From Candidatus Babeliales bacterium (GTDB taxonomy: Bacteria > Babelota > Babeliae > Babelales > JANWKD01), in contig OY969622.1 in the NCBI GenBank assembly GCA_963701665.1, positions 64,001 through 128,000 of the forward strand: a DNA stretch of 64,000 bases, in the 5' to 3' direction. Each line of letters begins with the position of its first letter. Position 1 is the first letter of the stretch. Made by a program: the position numbers and the translations under genes. Under the pieces are notes generated by a model, which did no database searches, was not told where the DNA came from, and was given only the letters and a program-made list of their open reading frames with translations. Positions 38,964 to 48,620 of the stretch are shown piece after piece.

Positions 38964-40316
38964 TTACCGGTTTTTACGCGCGGATTTTTGATACGCCGCT
39001 AATCCTTTTTTGAGCTGCGGCAACAGCCAGATAATTGCAAAAATATTGATACTCAATAAGCACGCGCTAATAATATCGGCCAAATTCCACACTAAATCCA
39101 CTTTTGCTAAAGCGCCTAAAAAAGTTAAGAAGCAGAAAAGCAAATTACCGACAACTAGATAGGAACCTCGTGTCAAAAACAGCCAGCAGTTGCGTGCAAT
39201 ATAAGCGTAGGCAACTAACACGCCTAAGCCAAAACTCATTGAAAGGAAGGTAACTATCCACCCGCCAGCGACGCCAAATACTGTTTCATAAGCGCTGATC
39301 GTTAAATCTAAACTTGTTTTTCCATTATCCCAAACACCACTTGCAACAAGCATGAGAGCAATAACAAAGCAAACAAGATTTGCGCTGATAAAGGTGCCTA
39401 ACATTGACATGATGCCATCTTTTGCTGGCTCCGTGCTTCCCGATCCGCCAAAAATTACTGCTGCCGTTCCCAATCCCGCCTCAGTTGCATTGAGTGTGCG
39501 TGATGTGCCAAACCTAATTGCTTGTTGGAGCGTATAGCCAAGAACGCCACCTGTTAATGCTTGAACGGAAAATCCGGCTTTAAGAATAAGTTTAAGTGCA
39601 GGCAGCAATGCCGCATAATGATAGCAAACAACAATGATTGCTGAGACAAAAAAAACACCCACTTTGACAGGAATAATTGCATCAGAAACTTTAACAATTC
39701 TTTGTGCGCCGCCAAAAACAACATAGAGCATAAAGACCAATAAAATGATTGCTATTAAAAGAGGTTGCACACCAAAAATATGCACACAGCCAAGTTGAAT
39801 AGTATTTGCTTGCATTGCATTACCGGTAATAAGAGCATATGCAAAACAAAAAGCTGCATACACATAAGGAAGAAATTTTCTACCCGGCACTTTGCTTAAA
39901 TATACCATGGGTCCACCAACAAGACCTCCACCAAGATGTTGCACGCCAAATACGGTACTTAAATATACTTCAGCATAACGAATTGACATGCTCATCAGAC
40001 CAAATATGAACATCCATACTGCCGCACCAGGGCCGCCAGAATATACAGCTGTCGCCATCCCACCAATACTGCCATTACCAAGGCTCGCACTGAGTGCATT
40101 TATAAATGCTTGAAAGGGCGTCATATCACCTTTGCTGCCTTCTTTAACCGATCCGGGTGTTACCAAAAGCTCCCATGCTCTAAGGAAATAACGAATTTGT
40201 ACAAAGTGAAGTGCAGCGGTAATTACACACGCTGTTACAAAAAAAAGAATAATGAGTGGCCAGTTCCATAAAAAGTCATTTATTGCCATGGCAAACTCAT
40301 TAACACCTGCTAACAT
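38964..40316 (-). CDS. Alanine/glycine:cation symporter (AGCS family)
   Basis: PFQA, LGNGSIGG, GGPGAAVWM, GGPMVY, EAGLGTAA; ORF track start 40343. Confidence 0.9.
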   Translation of the reverse strand: MLAGVNEFAMAINDFLWNWPLIILFFVTACVITAALHFVQIRYFLRAWELLVTPGSVKEGSKGDMTPFQAFINALSASLGNGSIGGMATAVYSGGPGAAVWMFIFGLMSMSIRYAEVYLSTVFGVQHLGGGLVGGPMVYLSKVPGRKFLPYVYAAFCFAYALITGNAMQANTIQLGCVHIFGVQPLLIAIILLVFMLYVVFGGAQRIVKVSDAIIPVKVGVFFVSAIIVVCYHYAALLPALKLILKAGFSVQALTGGVLGYTLQQAIRFGTSRTLNATEAGLGTAAVIFGGSGSTEPAKDGIMSMLGTFISANLVCFVIALMLVASGVWDNGKTSLDLTISAYETVFGVAGGWIVTFLSMSFGLGVLVAYAYIARNCWLFLTRGSYLVVGNLLFCFLTFLGALAKVDLVWNLADIISACLLSINIFAIIWLLPQLKKGLAAYQKSARKNR

Positions 40317-40438
40317 GATAAATATTCCTTTCAAAAACTTCATTATAAAACGTAATAAAGTGAGAAAATAATTTTTTATTCAATAGGAATGAGTATACTA
40401 AAAAATAGGTATTGACACTACTTTCCATAAGGTACGCC

Positions 40439-40855
40439 ATGAAAATTTTAGCCTTAGATTTAGGCGATGCGCACGTCGGATCTGCCCTTAGTGATTCTCT
40501 CTTGTTTTTTGCAAAGCCATATAAAACAATAAAAACGAGAGACCTCACTGCTTTTTTGAATGAGCTTTTCTCCCATGAGCAGGTTAACACTATTGTTATT
40601 GGCTATCCAAAAACAATGAAAGGAACTGAAAGCGAGCAGACAAAAAAGATTGTTGCCACAAAAGAAACACTCGAGGTTAAATTCCCTGATAAAAAATGGA
40701 TTTTATGGGACGAGCGTTTGAGCAGCAAACGAGCGGATACCCTTAAAAAAGCAACGTCAAAAGAAGAAAAATTGCACTCGCATTCGATTGCAGCGGCATT
40801 TATTCTTGAATCGTATCTCTCGTATTTAAAAATAATGCAATCTAACGAACAGTAA
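40439..40855 (+). CDS. ruvX: YqgF/RuvX family nuclease (pre-16S rRNA processing)
   Basis: MKILALDLG, VIGYP, WDERLSS, AAAFILESYL. Confidence 0.93.
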   Translation: MKILALDLGDAHVGSALSDSLLFFAKPYKTIKTRDLTAFLNELFSHEQVNTIVIGYPKTMKGTESEQTKKIVATKETLEVKFPDKKWILWDERLSSKRADTLKKATSKEEKLHSHSIAAAFILESYLSYLKIMQSNEQ

Positions 40856-40856
40856 T

Positions 40857-40880
40857 CCCCCCTATATCAAAGTAGGGGGG
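40857..40880. terminator. GC hairpin between ruvX and the convergent gene
   Basis: ccccccta / tagggggg. Confidence 0.6.
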
Positions 40881-40894
40881 AACTAATTATACGT

Positions 40895-43396
40895 TTAGCT
40901 TTCAATGTTTTGGCCGATAGTTGTTGGCCCAGCAACGCCGAAACCGCCGAAATTAGGGAAATTAATTTGATCTGTACCATTATTTGTGGCAACACAGTTA
41001 ACCGGGAAAAGAAAAAAAGTGGGTGATGGAGCATTGAAACCAATATTATTAAGCGTTGCGTTACAATCCGTAAAACTATAATTTTGACCGCTTATTATAC
41101 CAAAACCAGTACCACCATTCTGGCTCGCACTACAACCAATAAAAGTCTGTGAATTACCTACAAGATCAAAGCCATCTGTAACATTATATAATGCCGAACT
41201 ATATTGACCAGTAAACTCACCATTTTGTATGCTAAAACCTACTTCATTATGAGATGCAATACAATTTTCACAGGCAGTTTTCGTACCTTGTACTAAAAAT
41301 CCAGTTCCATTTGAATTTGTTGCACTACAATTAGCTAATAAAGTATCAGTAACACCGGTAAATATCGCAAAGCTGCTGCTATCATTGATAACACTTCCAT
41401 TACATTGGTCTGCTACACAATTGTATAGGGATACATTATCAGCGTCCACTACGTATCCATACGCAAAATTACCAATCTCATCTGCTGTTTGCAAAATTTG
41501 AATTGCTTGACAATCAATGAAAATATTATCATTTGCAGTTGTTTCAAAGCCAACTGCATTGCCGGCATCGTCTCCCGTTGGTGATACAGATATATTAGAT
41601 GCCACACAATTTTTAAATAGATTATCGACCCCGCTAGAAATAAAACCTACTGCATTTGTTAATCTACTTGATAAGCCTAACGCTTGACAATTTTGAACTA
41701 CGGAGCCCATGCAGGCTAACTGAAATCCTGCAGTATTTGTCCCAGCACCATTTGATGCAGCTAAGCAAGAATCAAATAAACAGTTCTGACCTGCGTCTAC
41801 GCGGAAGCAAACAAAAGCATTGCCATCGCAATCTTGAACGTCACATGATATAAATCTAAAGGTTATTGCATCGGTTGCATAAATACCTGCAAGGGTCCCT
41901 CCTGTTATCATATTGCTAACGGATATATTAACAAGATCCATACCAAATTGTTGTCCACCTTCTGCATTTAAGTAGACACCATAAACACTAGCATCGGTAA
42001 TACTGACATTAGAAATTTCTGTATATAAACATCCTCCTGCTAATTCCATACCAAAGGAGCCTGTGTTTGCAATATATACATTTTTGATGGTTGAATCGAT
42101 TAAAAAGCTAAACAGCATACCTATGCCCGTTGTATTTGCTACCGTTACACCATCCATGAGCAAATAATTGTCCCCATCACTGAAGAAACCTTGCGCAACA
42201 GTATCAATATAAATATTGAAGAATCTATTACCATTACCTGTTGAACTTATTGCGGTCAAACCTGGCGATTCAGTGATACTTATATCTTCAATTGTTGAAT
42301 TCGTTGTGTTATTAAGAACAATCCCCACCGATGAATTTGTTATTGTGCCATTTTTTATGGTAGTCCCTACGATTCCTGATCCTACTGTAACACCACCAGT
42401 CGTAATCGTGTGAGCGTTCAGATCGAGAGTGACATCATTTGCAGTTATCACAAATGAACCGCTAACATCATTTGCAAGACAATAATAACCACTTTGTGTT
42501 ATGGTTACTGGAGCTGTGAGGGATGTTGCAAAACATGCGGTAATAGCATTGAGTTCGGTAAATACGAAAGACAAATCGATACTTGCAATCGCGCTAAACG
42601 TTCCATCAAACCCATCTGCTAAGATGGTCCATGTTTGTTGAAATTCTGATGTAATATTGTTACAGCATGCGTTAAGTGCGGTAAATGTCCCATCAAACCC
42701 GTCTGCTAAAATGGTCCATGTTTGTTGAAATTCGCTCGTGATATTTTGACAACACGCGTTGAGCGCGGTAAATGTCCCTTGAAAATTCTCCTCAATAACA
42801 ACTGTCAATGTATCAACGAGCTCAGTCAAAATAGATACTGTAGAAATAAACGTACTTACCGTTTCTATTAAGATTTCACTTGAAAATATTGAAATGGTTA
42901 ACAGAACATCATTAAGTATTGAAAACGTTGTTATAAAATTATTTTCAATCTGCTGGCAACACTGATTCAAATTCGTCAGTATTACATTCAATAAATTTCT
43001 GATAGATGAAAGGTCACAAGCTCCAGGCCCAACAATAAATGGCCGCTGTTCTTCTCGCGGCGCTTTCAACGTATCATCATTTGGCAATTCATTAACTAAT
43101 ACTTGATATCGCGCAAGTAATAAAGGATATGCTAGTATTAAATCTTGTAACGGTAATGAATTAGCATTATGTTCAAGTCTTTGGCAACATCTCATTAATG
43201 CTTCAACAGCAGATTCATGATGTATGTAATCATCAAGAGTCAAATTTTCACATAAACCTTTAATAAAAGTTTTAATCGTTTCATCGACGGTAATTTCATT
43301 CTGCAATTCACTACTCGTTGGATCTGGCATGTTAGCGGCAATCACTACGCTAAAACTAAACATGATCATCAAAAACAAACTCGATAAAGACTTCAT
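40895..43396 (-). CDS. Exported Cys-Cys-repeat protein A with C-terminal right-handed beta-helix
   Basis: Signal peptide, pro-domain, GPGACDLS, CC repeats, then ITQSGYYCLANDV / VTLDLNAHTI and parallel beta-helix repeats (C.A..N..GF); RBS aggag before ATG 43396. Confidence 0.8.
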   Translation of the reverse strand: MKSLSSLFLMIMFSFSVVIAANMPDPTSSELQNEITVDETIKTFIKGLCENLTLDDYIHHESAVEALMRCCQRLEHNANSLPLQDLILAYPLLLARYQVLVNELPNDDTLKAPREEQRPFIVGPGACDLSSIRNLLNVILTNLNQCCQQIENNFITTFSILNDVLLTISIFSSEILIETVSTFISTVSILTELVDTLTVVIEENFQGTFTALNACCQNITSEFQQTWTILADGFDGTFTALNACCNNITSEFQQTWTILADGFDGTFSAIASIDLSFVFTELNAITACFATSLTAPVTITQSGYYCLANDVSGSFVITANDVTLDLNAHTITTGGVTVGSGIVGTTIKNGTITNSSVGIVLNNTTNSTIEDISITESPGLTAISSTGNGNRFFNIYIDTVAQGFFSDGDNYLLMDGVTVANTTGIGMLFSFLIDSTIKNVYIANTGSFGMELAGGCLYTEISNVSITDASVYGVYLNAEGGQQFGMDLVNISVSNMITGGTLAGIYATDAITFRFISCDVQDCDGNAFVCFRVDAGQNCLFDSCLAASNGAGTNTAGFQLACMGSVVQNCQALGLSSRLTNAVGFISSGVDNLFKNCVASNISVSPTGDDAGNAVGFETTANDNIFIDCQAIQILQTADEIGNFAYGYVVDADNVSLYNCVADQCNGSVINDSSSFAIFTGVTDTLLANCSATNSNGTGFLVQGTKTACENCIASHNEVGFSIQNGEFTGQYSSALYNVTDGFDLVGNSQTFIGCSASQNGGTGFGIISGQNYSFTDCNATLNNIGFNAPSPTFFLFPVNCVATNNGTDQINFPNFGGFGVAGPTTIGQNIES
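42604..42777. repeat. Tandem 87-bp (29-aa) repeat inside protein A
   Basis: GTFTALNACC(Q/N)NITSEFQQTWTILADGFD occurs twice. Confidence 0.9.
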
Positions 43397-44120
43397 ATCA
43401 GGCTCCTTTTTAAAAACGACTCTTCTCAATTGTACCTACGTTACCGCACTCTAATCCGGGATTTCAATAAAATAAAAACGAAATATAGATAGCCCAAAAA
43501 GGTTATTCCATTACCAGTTAAAATCTTTTTCATAGATCATGCCATTTCAAAAATCCAAAAATAAACCCAGAATTACGCAAAAAAGATCCAATACGGTGGG
43601 TTGTTGAAGGAACATTTTCTTGGATGAATCAATTCAGATGTGTTTTTATTCGTATTGTTTCCAGAAAAGTTTAGTTTGCAGACAAGCTCTTAATTCTTGA
43701 TATCGCGCAAGTAATAAAGGATATGCTTGTATCAGATCTTGTAACGGTAATGAATTAGCATTATTTTCAATATGCTGGCAACATCTCTTTAATGCCTCAA
43801 CACCAGATTTATGATGTATGTAATCATCATGAGTTAAATTTTCACACAAGTCTTTAATAAAAGTTTTGATCGTTTCATCGACAGTAATTTCAGGTTCAGT
43901 AGTTGGATCTGGTAAGTTCCCGGCAATCACGGTGCTGAAACTAAACATTATCATCAAAAACAAACTCGATAAAGGCCTCATATCAGACTCCTTTTTAAAA
44001 AATAACCCCTTAATTGTGCCCACGTTGCCTTACTCTAATCTGGGATTTCAAGAAAGTAAAAACAAAAATATAGATAGCTCAAAAAGGTTATTCCGTTACC
44101 AATTAAAATCTTTTTCATAG
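43102..44120. repeat. Diverged duplication of ~430 bp (43102-43535 vs 43696-44120)
   Basis: Both copies contain the sulfotransferase C-terminus YEKDFNW*, the intergenic region and the 5' part of gene A. Confidence 0.9.
43646..43981 (-). pseudogene. Truncated paralog of protein A (signal peptide and pro-domain only)
   Basis: MRPLSSLFLMIMFSFS...YPLLLARYQ closely matches protein A, then diverges and stops. Confidence 0.85.
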
Positions 44121-44914
44121 CCAAGATCTATAAGCAATTGCCCAGCAACTTTTTTAAAAGCAGCTTTATGTCTTTCTAAGAAATGTTCTTTCCATGAGCC
44201 AATTTTGCCTTCACGAAACGTCGTCGTTCCGCCAAATAAGACTGACGAGATTTTTTTTGCTTCTTCTCTCGTAATAACATGGCCAAGGAAACTTGCTATT
44301 GCAATAATCTCATGTATCTGTGTTTCTTCATCGCCCCCACCTTCTTTACCTACTAATTTTTCAAATGTCGTCGCGTATACATTAGGTTCAAATCGCCATG
44401 GTAAATAGAGGTTATAAAATGATGCTACATCTTTTACATGAATCCATGGATTTTGTGCAAGAAATATTGTTGACCATAGCATACTTCCATCTGTTATCAA
44501 TGCATCAATAAGCTCATCTAAACTCCATTCATGCTGAGGAGCCCTCTCTATAGTTTTTATCCAAAAAGCTGCCGAAACAATTTGATCGCGTGGATCTCTA
44601 TAAATAAAAACTTTTTTAATACGTACATCGTTCAATTTTTTTATATTTTTTTCAACATAAATCGCATGAGCTATAAGAATAAAAAGCGGACTCGTCATAA
44701 GTATTTTAACCGCTTGATCATCGATCAAAAAGAATCTCTTACGCGGAATAGCCAACTGTGCATAGCAAATTTCTGTCAGCATCTTTAATAATAAATTAGT
44801 GCCACATTTGGGGATAGTGATTGCTGTTACACGATACATATCCTCAGAGCATTGTCCACCTAGTAATCCAACGTAAAGTATAACGATTCCCAGTATATTT
44901 TTTCTCATATTCAT
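44096..44914 (-). CDS. PAPS-dependent sulfotransferase 1 (signal peptide)
   Basis: 5'-PSB loop IPKCGT, 3'-PB RDPRDQIVS, FREGKIGSWK. Confidence 0.9.
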   Translation of the reverse strand: MNMRKNILGIVILYVGLLGGQCSEDMYRVTAITIPKCGTNLLLKMLTEICYAQLAIPRKRFFLIDDQAVKILMTSPLFILIAHAIYVEKNIKKLNDVRIKKVFIYRDPRDQIVSAAFWIKTIERAPQHEWSLDELIDALITDGSMLWSTIFLAQNPWIHVKDVASFYNLYLPWRFEPNVYATTFEKLVGKEGGGDEETQIHEIIAIASFLGHVITREEAKKISSVLFGGTTTFREGKIGSWKEHFLERHKAAFKKVAGQLLIDLGYEKDFNW

Positions 44915-45007
44915 TATCTCCTTCTGATTAAACTGAGGACCGACAGCTCAAATCAAAGGCTATACTGATGGGAAAAAAATACAACCATAGTTAAAAGATT
45001 AATAAAA

Positions 45008-45242
45008 TAACGCGAATTCGATAAAAAAAATTATCAACTTATCACAAAAATATCTCGAAATGTCATCACGAGGAACGTAGTGACGTGGTGACCCAGAACT
45101 TTAATAAATTCCTTTTAATGAATTAATTTTATTATCTGGGTTGCCAACTCCGCTAAAAGCTGCATAGATTCGCAATGACAATTCTGTTTTTATATTATTT
45201 TCTTAGGCTAAATTTATGTTTTTATACATCGAATTCGCGTTA
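45008..45242. mobile_element. MITE-like element with perfect 15-bp terminal inverted repeats enclosing palindromic element copy 4
   Basis: taacgcgaattcgat (45008-45022) / atcgaattcgcgtta (45228-45242). Confidence 0.65.
45062..45179. repeat. Palindromic element copy 4
   Basis: gtcatcacgagg...cccagaactttaataaattccttt...taattttattatctgggttgcc...tcgcaatgac. Confidence 0.85.
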
Positions 45243-45261
45243 AAATAATAAGGTATTACAG

Positions 45262-45386
45262 GGAAACGAAGGGTGCGCAAACCAAAAAATTGTGAGTACT
45301 AAAGAAATGCTCGAGACTACGTTCCCTGATAAAAATGGGTATTATGGGATGAACGATTAAGCATTAAACGTGCTGATGTTCTTAAA
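45262..45386 (+). pseudogene. Frameshifted remnant of the ruvX 3' half
   Basis: Aligns to 40622-40747; encodes ...TKEMLETTFPDK / WVLWDERLSIKRADVLK with frameshifts. Confidence 0.8.
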
Positions 45387-45417
45387 TATGATTAATGCTA
45401 ATGACACTTATTAATGA

Positions 45418-45444
45418 AGGTTCTCCTAATACCTAGGAGAACCT
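45418..45444 (-). terminator. Hairpin downstream of CC-repeat protein B
   Basis: aggttctccta / taggagaacct. Confidence 0.55.
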
Positions 45445-45466
45445 CATCATTTTGTGCCTATGAATG

Positions 45467-46384
45467 CTAACAGGTGCCAACATATGAATCAAGTATACAT
45501 GCACTATTACCTGCAAGATTGTTCAACCTCGTACCATCTGAAACAATAGAGCCATTTGTAGCCATAAGACCAGTAATCAAAGTACTAACTTCAAAGCAAC
45601 AAATAGAAAATGTTACTCTAAGGGTGTTAAAACAACCGGAAATGTCAGTTAATAACGTATTAAGCTCATTTAAATCAGTAGTCAAATCGAAAAATATAGT
45701 ATCAAAATTATTAGTAAGAATGCTGTAGGTGGAGTTAAACCCAAAAGCAATTACCGAATACGTACCTTGAAAATCATTGGCTACTTCTTCACAACAGGTA
45801 GTAAGATCATTTTGATTATGAGCTAAAACAGTAAAAGTCCCAGCAAAATCGTTCGTAATAGTTTCACAACAGACATTCAATATATTTTCTATAGCAGCTA
45901 ATACGGTAAGCGTTCCACTAAAATCAATAGAATTATTTGCACAACATTGCGTAAGCAACGGATATATTTCTTGACTAAGATAATTATATACACCAGCAAG
46001 ATCACATTGCAAAGGGCCGAAAAGCACACCGGGACTATAACGGGATTCTTCTGGAATCATTTCTAATATATGCATTATGTCAGAGAATGCTTCTTGAAGA
46101 GTATTTTCATCACATTCAGTTTTATTTTGCGTCAACTGTTCATAGCATCTCAATAAGCTCTCAGGGAGGCATTCTTCCTTTCGCTGTGCTATCTTATTTT
46201 CAACTATCGTAATTATAAGAGATTTAAGGTAAGAATCATCGGCAAGAACAGTTTTTTTTGTGGCATTGTTATTCTGTTGCACTAGTATTGATGCGCTATC
46301 ATCAGAGGTACTTTCAGCATGATACAAGATACCAATAATAATTAAAAATAATAAAAACAATCTAAAATTATTTTTATTTTTCAT
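45467..46384 (-). CDS. Exported Cys-Cys-repeat protein B
   Basis: Signal peptide, LLRCYEQL pro-domain, GPLQCDL, CC pairs at 25-aa spacing; RBS aggag. Confidence 0.85.
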   Translation of the reverse strand: MKNKNNFRLFLLFLIIIGILYHAESTSDDSASILVQQNNNATKKTVLADDSYLKSLIITIVENKIAQRKEECLPESLLRCYEQLTQNKTECDENTLQEAFSDIMHILEMIPEESRYSPGVLFGPLQCDLAGVYNYLSQEIYPLLTQCCANNSIDFSGTLTVLAAIENILNVCCETITNDFAGTFTVLAHNQNDLTTCCEEVANDFQGTYSVIAFGFNSTYSILTNNFDTIFFDLTTDLNELNTLLTDISGCFNTLRVTFSICCFEVSTLITGLMATNGSIVSDGTRLNNLAGNSACILDSYVGTC

Positions 46385-46494
46385 GGAATTACTCCTTTTT
46401 TAAGATGCACTACCATTTTGTATACTAAAAAGAAGAATAAATAGAATGCAAGACATAGTAGAAGATAGAAAAAAATCCTTTTGCGATAAATAGA

Positions 46495-46516
46495 AAGGGG
46501 CACTTGTGTGCCCCTT
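46495..46516 (-). terminator. Hairpin downstream of CC-repeat protein C
   Basis: aaggggcac / gtgcccctt. Confidence 0.55.
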
Positions 46517-46541
46517 AAAACATTCTACTTACCGTGTTAAT

Positions 46542-47447
46542 TTAACAAGTATTAAACTCGAAAGCGGTGTTTAAGGTACAGTTAGTAAGATCTTCATAGC
46601 TAGAAATAATGTTATTAATAGTCTCATATGTAGTAATAAAATTATTATTAGCCTCGTTTAATAAATTTATCAGATCGTCGCAGCAATTAGCTATTTGGAA
46701 TTCTAAACTGGTGCAACAGGCGTCAAAAGTACCATTCATCTCTCCTACAACAGTATCTAACTCATTTACTAAAGGTATAATAACCCCAAATCCTGCATCT
46801 AATACACTATAAGTACTGTTAAATGCATATGCTAATGCCGAAAATGTGCCGCTGAATTCTGTAAATATCTCTGCACAACATTGGGTAAGAGTAGAATCTA
46901 ATTCGTAGAGCGCGCTAAATGTACCATTGAAGTCATTAGCAATAGTTGCGCAACACTGCGTAAGCGTATTCTCAAATTCACTCAATACGGTAAAGGTGCC
47001 ATTGAAATCAGTAGTCTCGTTATTACAACAAACAACAAGTGCGTCATAGAACTTTCTTAATAATTGATAAATTCCGGACAAATTACATGTTGGTGGTCCT
47101 GCTAAAACATTGGGCACATGTTCGCGAGGGGATTTGTCTGTCATAGATTGTAATTTAATTATTAGTTCGGGTAGAACATTTTTTAATGTTTCTGGCGCAC
47201 AAGTATTGTTTTCATAAAGCTCTTGGTAGCATGCCAATAACTCAGGAGAAATATTTCTCTCAGAATCCTCTAAAGCGTGCTCAACAAAAAAGGTTACCAA
47301 TGTTTTTACTATTTCATGCTCAACTATTATAGTATAACACGGGTCCAAACTGCTTTTCGTATCTGCACCTTGTAAACTTACTACACAATTTTGCGTTAAT
47401 AATAGTATAAGAAAAAGTTTTAAAAAATTTCTCACACGCATAAACAT
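46542..47447 (-). CDS. Exported Cys-Cys-repeat protein C
   Basis: Signal peptide, LLACYQEL, GPPTCNL, five CC pairs, repeated DFNGTF; RBS gagggg. Confidence 0.85.
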   Translation of the reverse strand: MFMRVRNFLKLFLILLLTQNCVVSLQGADTKSSLDPCYTIIVEHEIVKTLVTFFVEHALEDSERNISPELLACYQELYENNTCAPETLKNVLPELIIKLQSMTDKSPREHVPNVLAGPPTCNLSGIYQLLRKFYDALVVCCNNETTDFNGTFTVLSEFENTLTQCCATIANDFNGTFSALYELDSTLTQCCAEIFTEFSGTFSALAYAFNSTYSVLDAGFGVIIPLVNELDTVVGEMNGTFDACCTSLEFQIANCCDDLINLLNEANNNFITTYETINNIISSYEDLTNCTLNTAFEFNTC

Positions 47448-47524
47448 GATACCCCTCTTTTTAGAAAATTGTCTCTTTCATAGTCTCAATCCCTTATGCT
47501 CAAAAATTATGTATGCCACATCTA

Positions 47525-48562
47525 TTAGCCACATGTATGGGCTGTTGGACAGAAAGGATCCGGTACAAGGTGTGTACTTGCTACGCAAAAGTTGTTACAT
47601 TCATGACCTAAGAATGATGCAACAATACTCACAGCGTTTGCTACCTGACTACCCAGCGCAAGCAAAGATTCAAACAATGATGCACAACAATTATCGATTT
47701 GAGTTTCAAAGTTAGTGCAATTTGATGTTAGTGTGGTTAGAACATCATTCAACACTATTGTTATAGCATCGAGCAGTGTAACTGTCCCATTAAAATCTGC
47801 CGTAATTATTGTTTCAGTGCTATTAAATCCATAGTTTAAAGCACTATATGTGCCGCTAAGATCATAGAATTCTACCGCGCAACAATTTGTTAATGTAGTC
47901 TCAAATTCCGCTAAGGCAGAAAATGTACCGTTAAAATCATTAGTAATATTCTCACAGCATATTGTTAAAGTATTTTGAATATAGGCTAAGTCAGAAAAAA
48001 TCATGCCAAAATCTATCGTGTTATTATTACAGCATTGCGTCAGTAAGCTTTCTATGGTCATAAGCAGGTCAATAACTATGGAAGTATTACATAACAATGG
48101 CCCAACGATGGGATGTATTTTTGGATGCAATACCTTTGTATTCGTATCTGCCAAAACATCCAGACTTACTTTTATCACATTACGTAGATCTTCTATTAAA
48201 AAATCGTTTTTATTATTTGATATCTGCTCATAGCATTGCAAGAATCCGTGGGGAAGAGCATTTGTCAAACCTTGCTCTAGAGCATTTTCAACAATAGATG
48301 TTATATAGGATTTGAAAATAGGGTCTTCAACTTTTACATAGATTACATCAGAATTAATTGTTTCCAAAAATTGTATATTTAGTTCATCACCGAGCTTAGA
48401 ATATTCGGCCATGAAATTATCTTTATATGCTTCATCAAATTCCTTAGAGGCTTCTACGAGGAATTCACGACCATCATTTTGCATCATGCCTTGTATTGGC
48501 CACGGATAATGTTGCAGTATTAAAATTGTAAAAAAGAGATTTATACACTTTCCATATTCCAT
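47525..48562 (-). CDS. Exported Cys-Cys-repeat protein D
   Basis: Signal-like N-terminus, FLQCYEQI, GPLLCNT, four CC pairs; RBS aggag. Confidence 0.85.
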   Translation of the reverse strand: MEYGKCINLFFTILILQHYPWPIQGMMQNDGREFLVEASKEFDEAYKDNFMAEYSKLGDELNIQFLETINSDVIYVKVEDPIFKSYITSIVENALEQGLTNALPHGFLQCYEQISNNKNDFLIEDLRNVIKVSLDVLADTNTKVLHPKIHPIVGPLLCNTSIVIDLLMTIESLLTQCCNNNTIDFGMIFSDLAYIQNTLTICCENITNDFNGTFSALAEFETTLTNCCAVEFYDLSGTYSALNYGFNSTETIITADFNGTVTLLDAITIVLNDVLTTLTSNCTNFETQIDNCCASLFESLLALGSQVANAVSIVASFLGHECNNFCVASTHLVPDPFCPTAHTCG

Positions 48563-48620
48563 CTAATTTTACTCCTTTTTTCCCTATTTTTACTTGCATC
48601 ATAAAAACAATTTTATCAAT

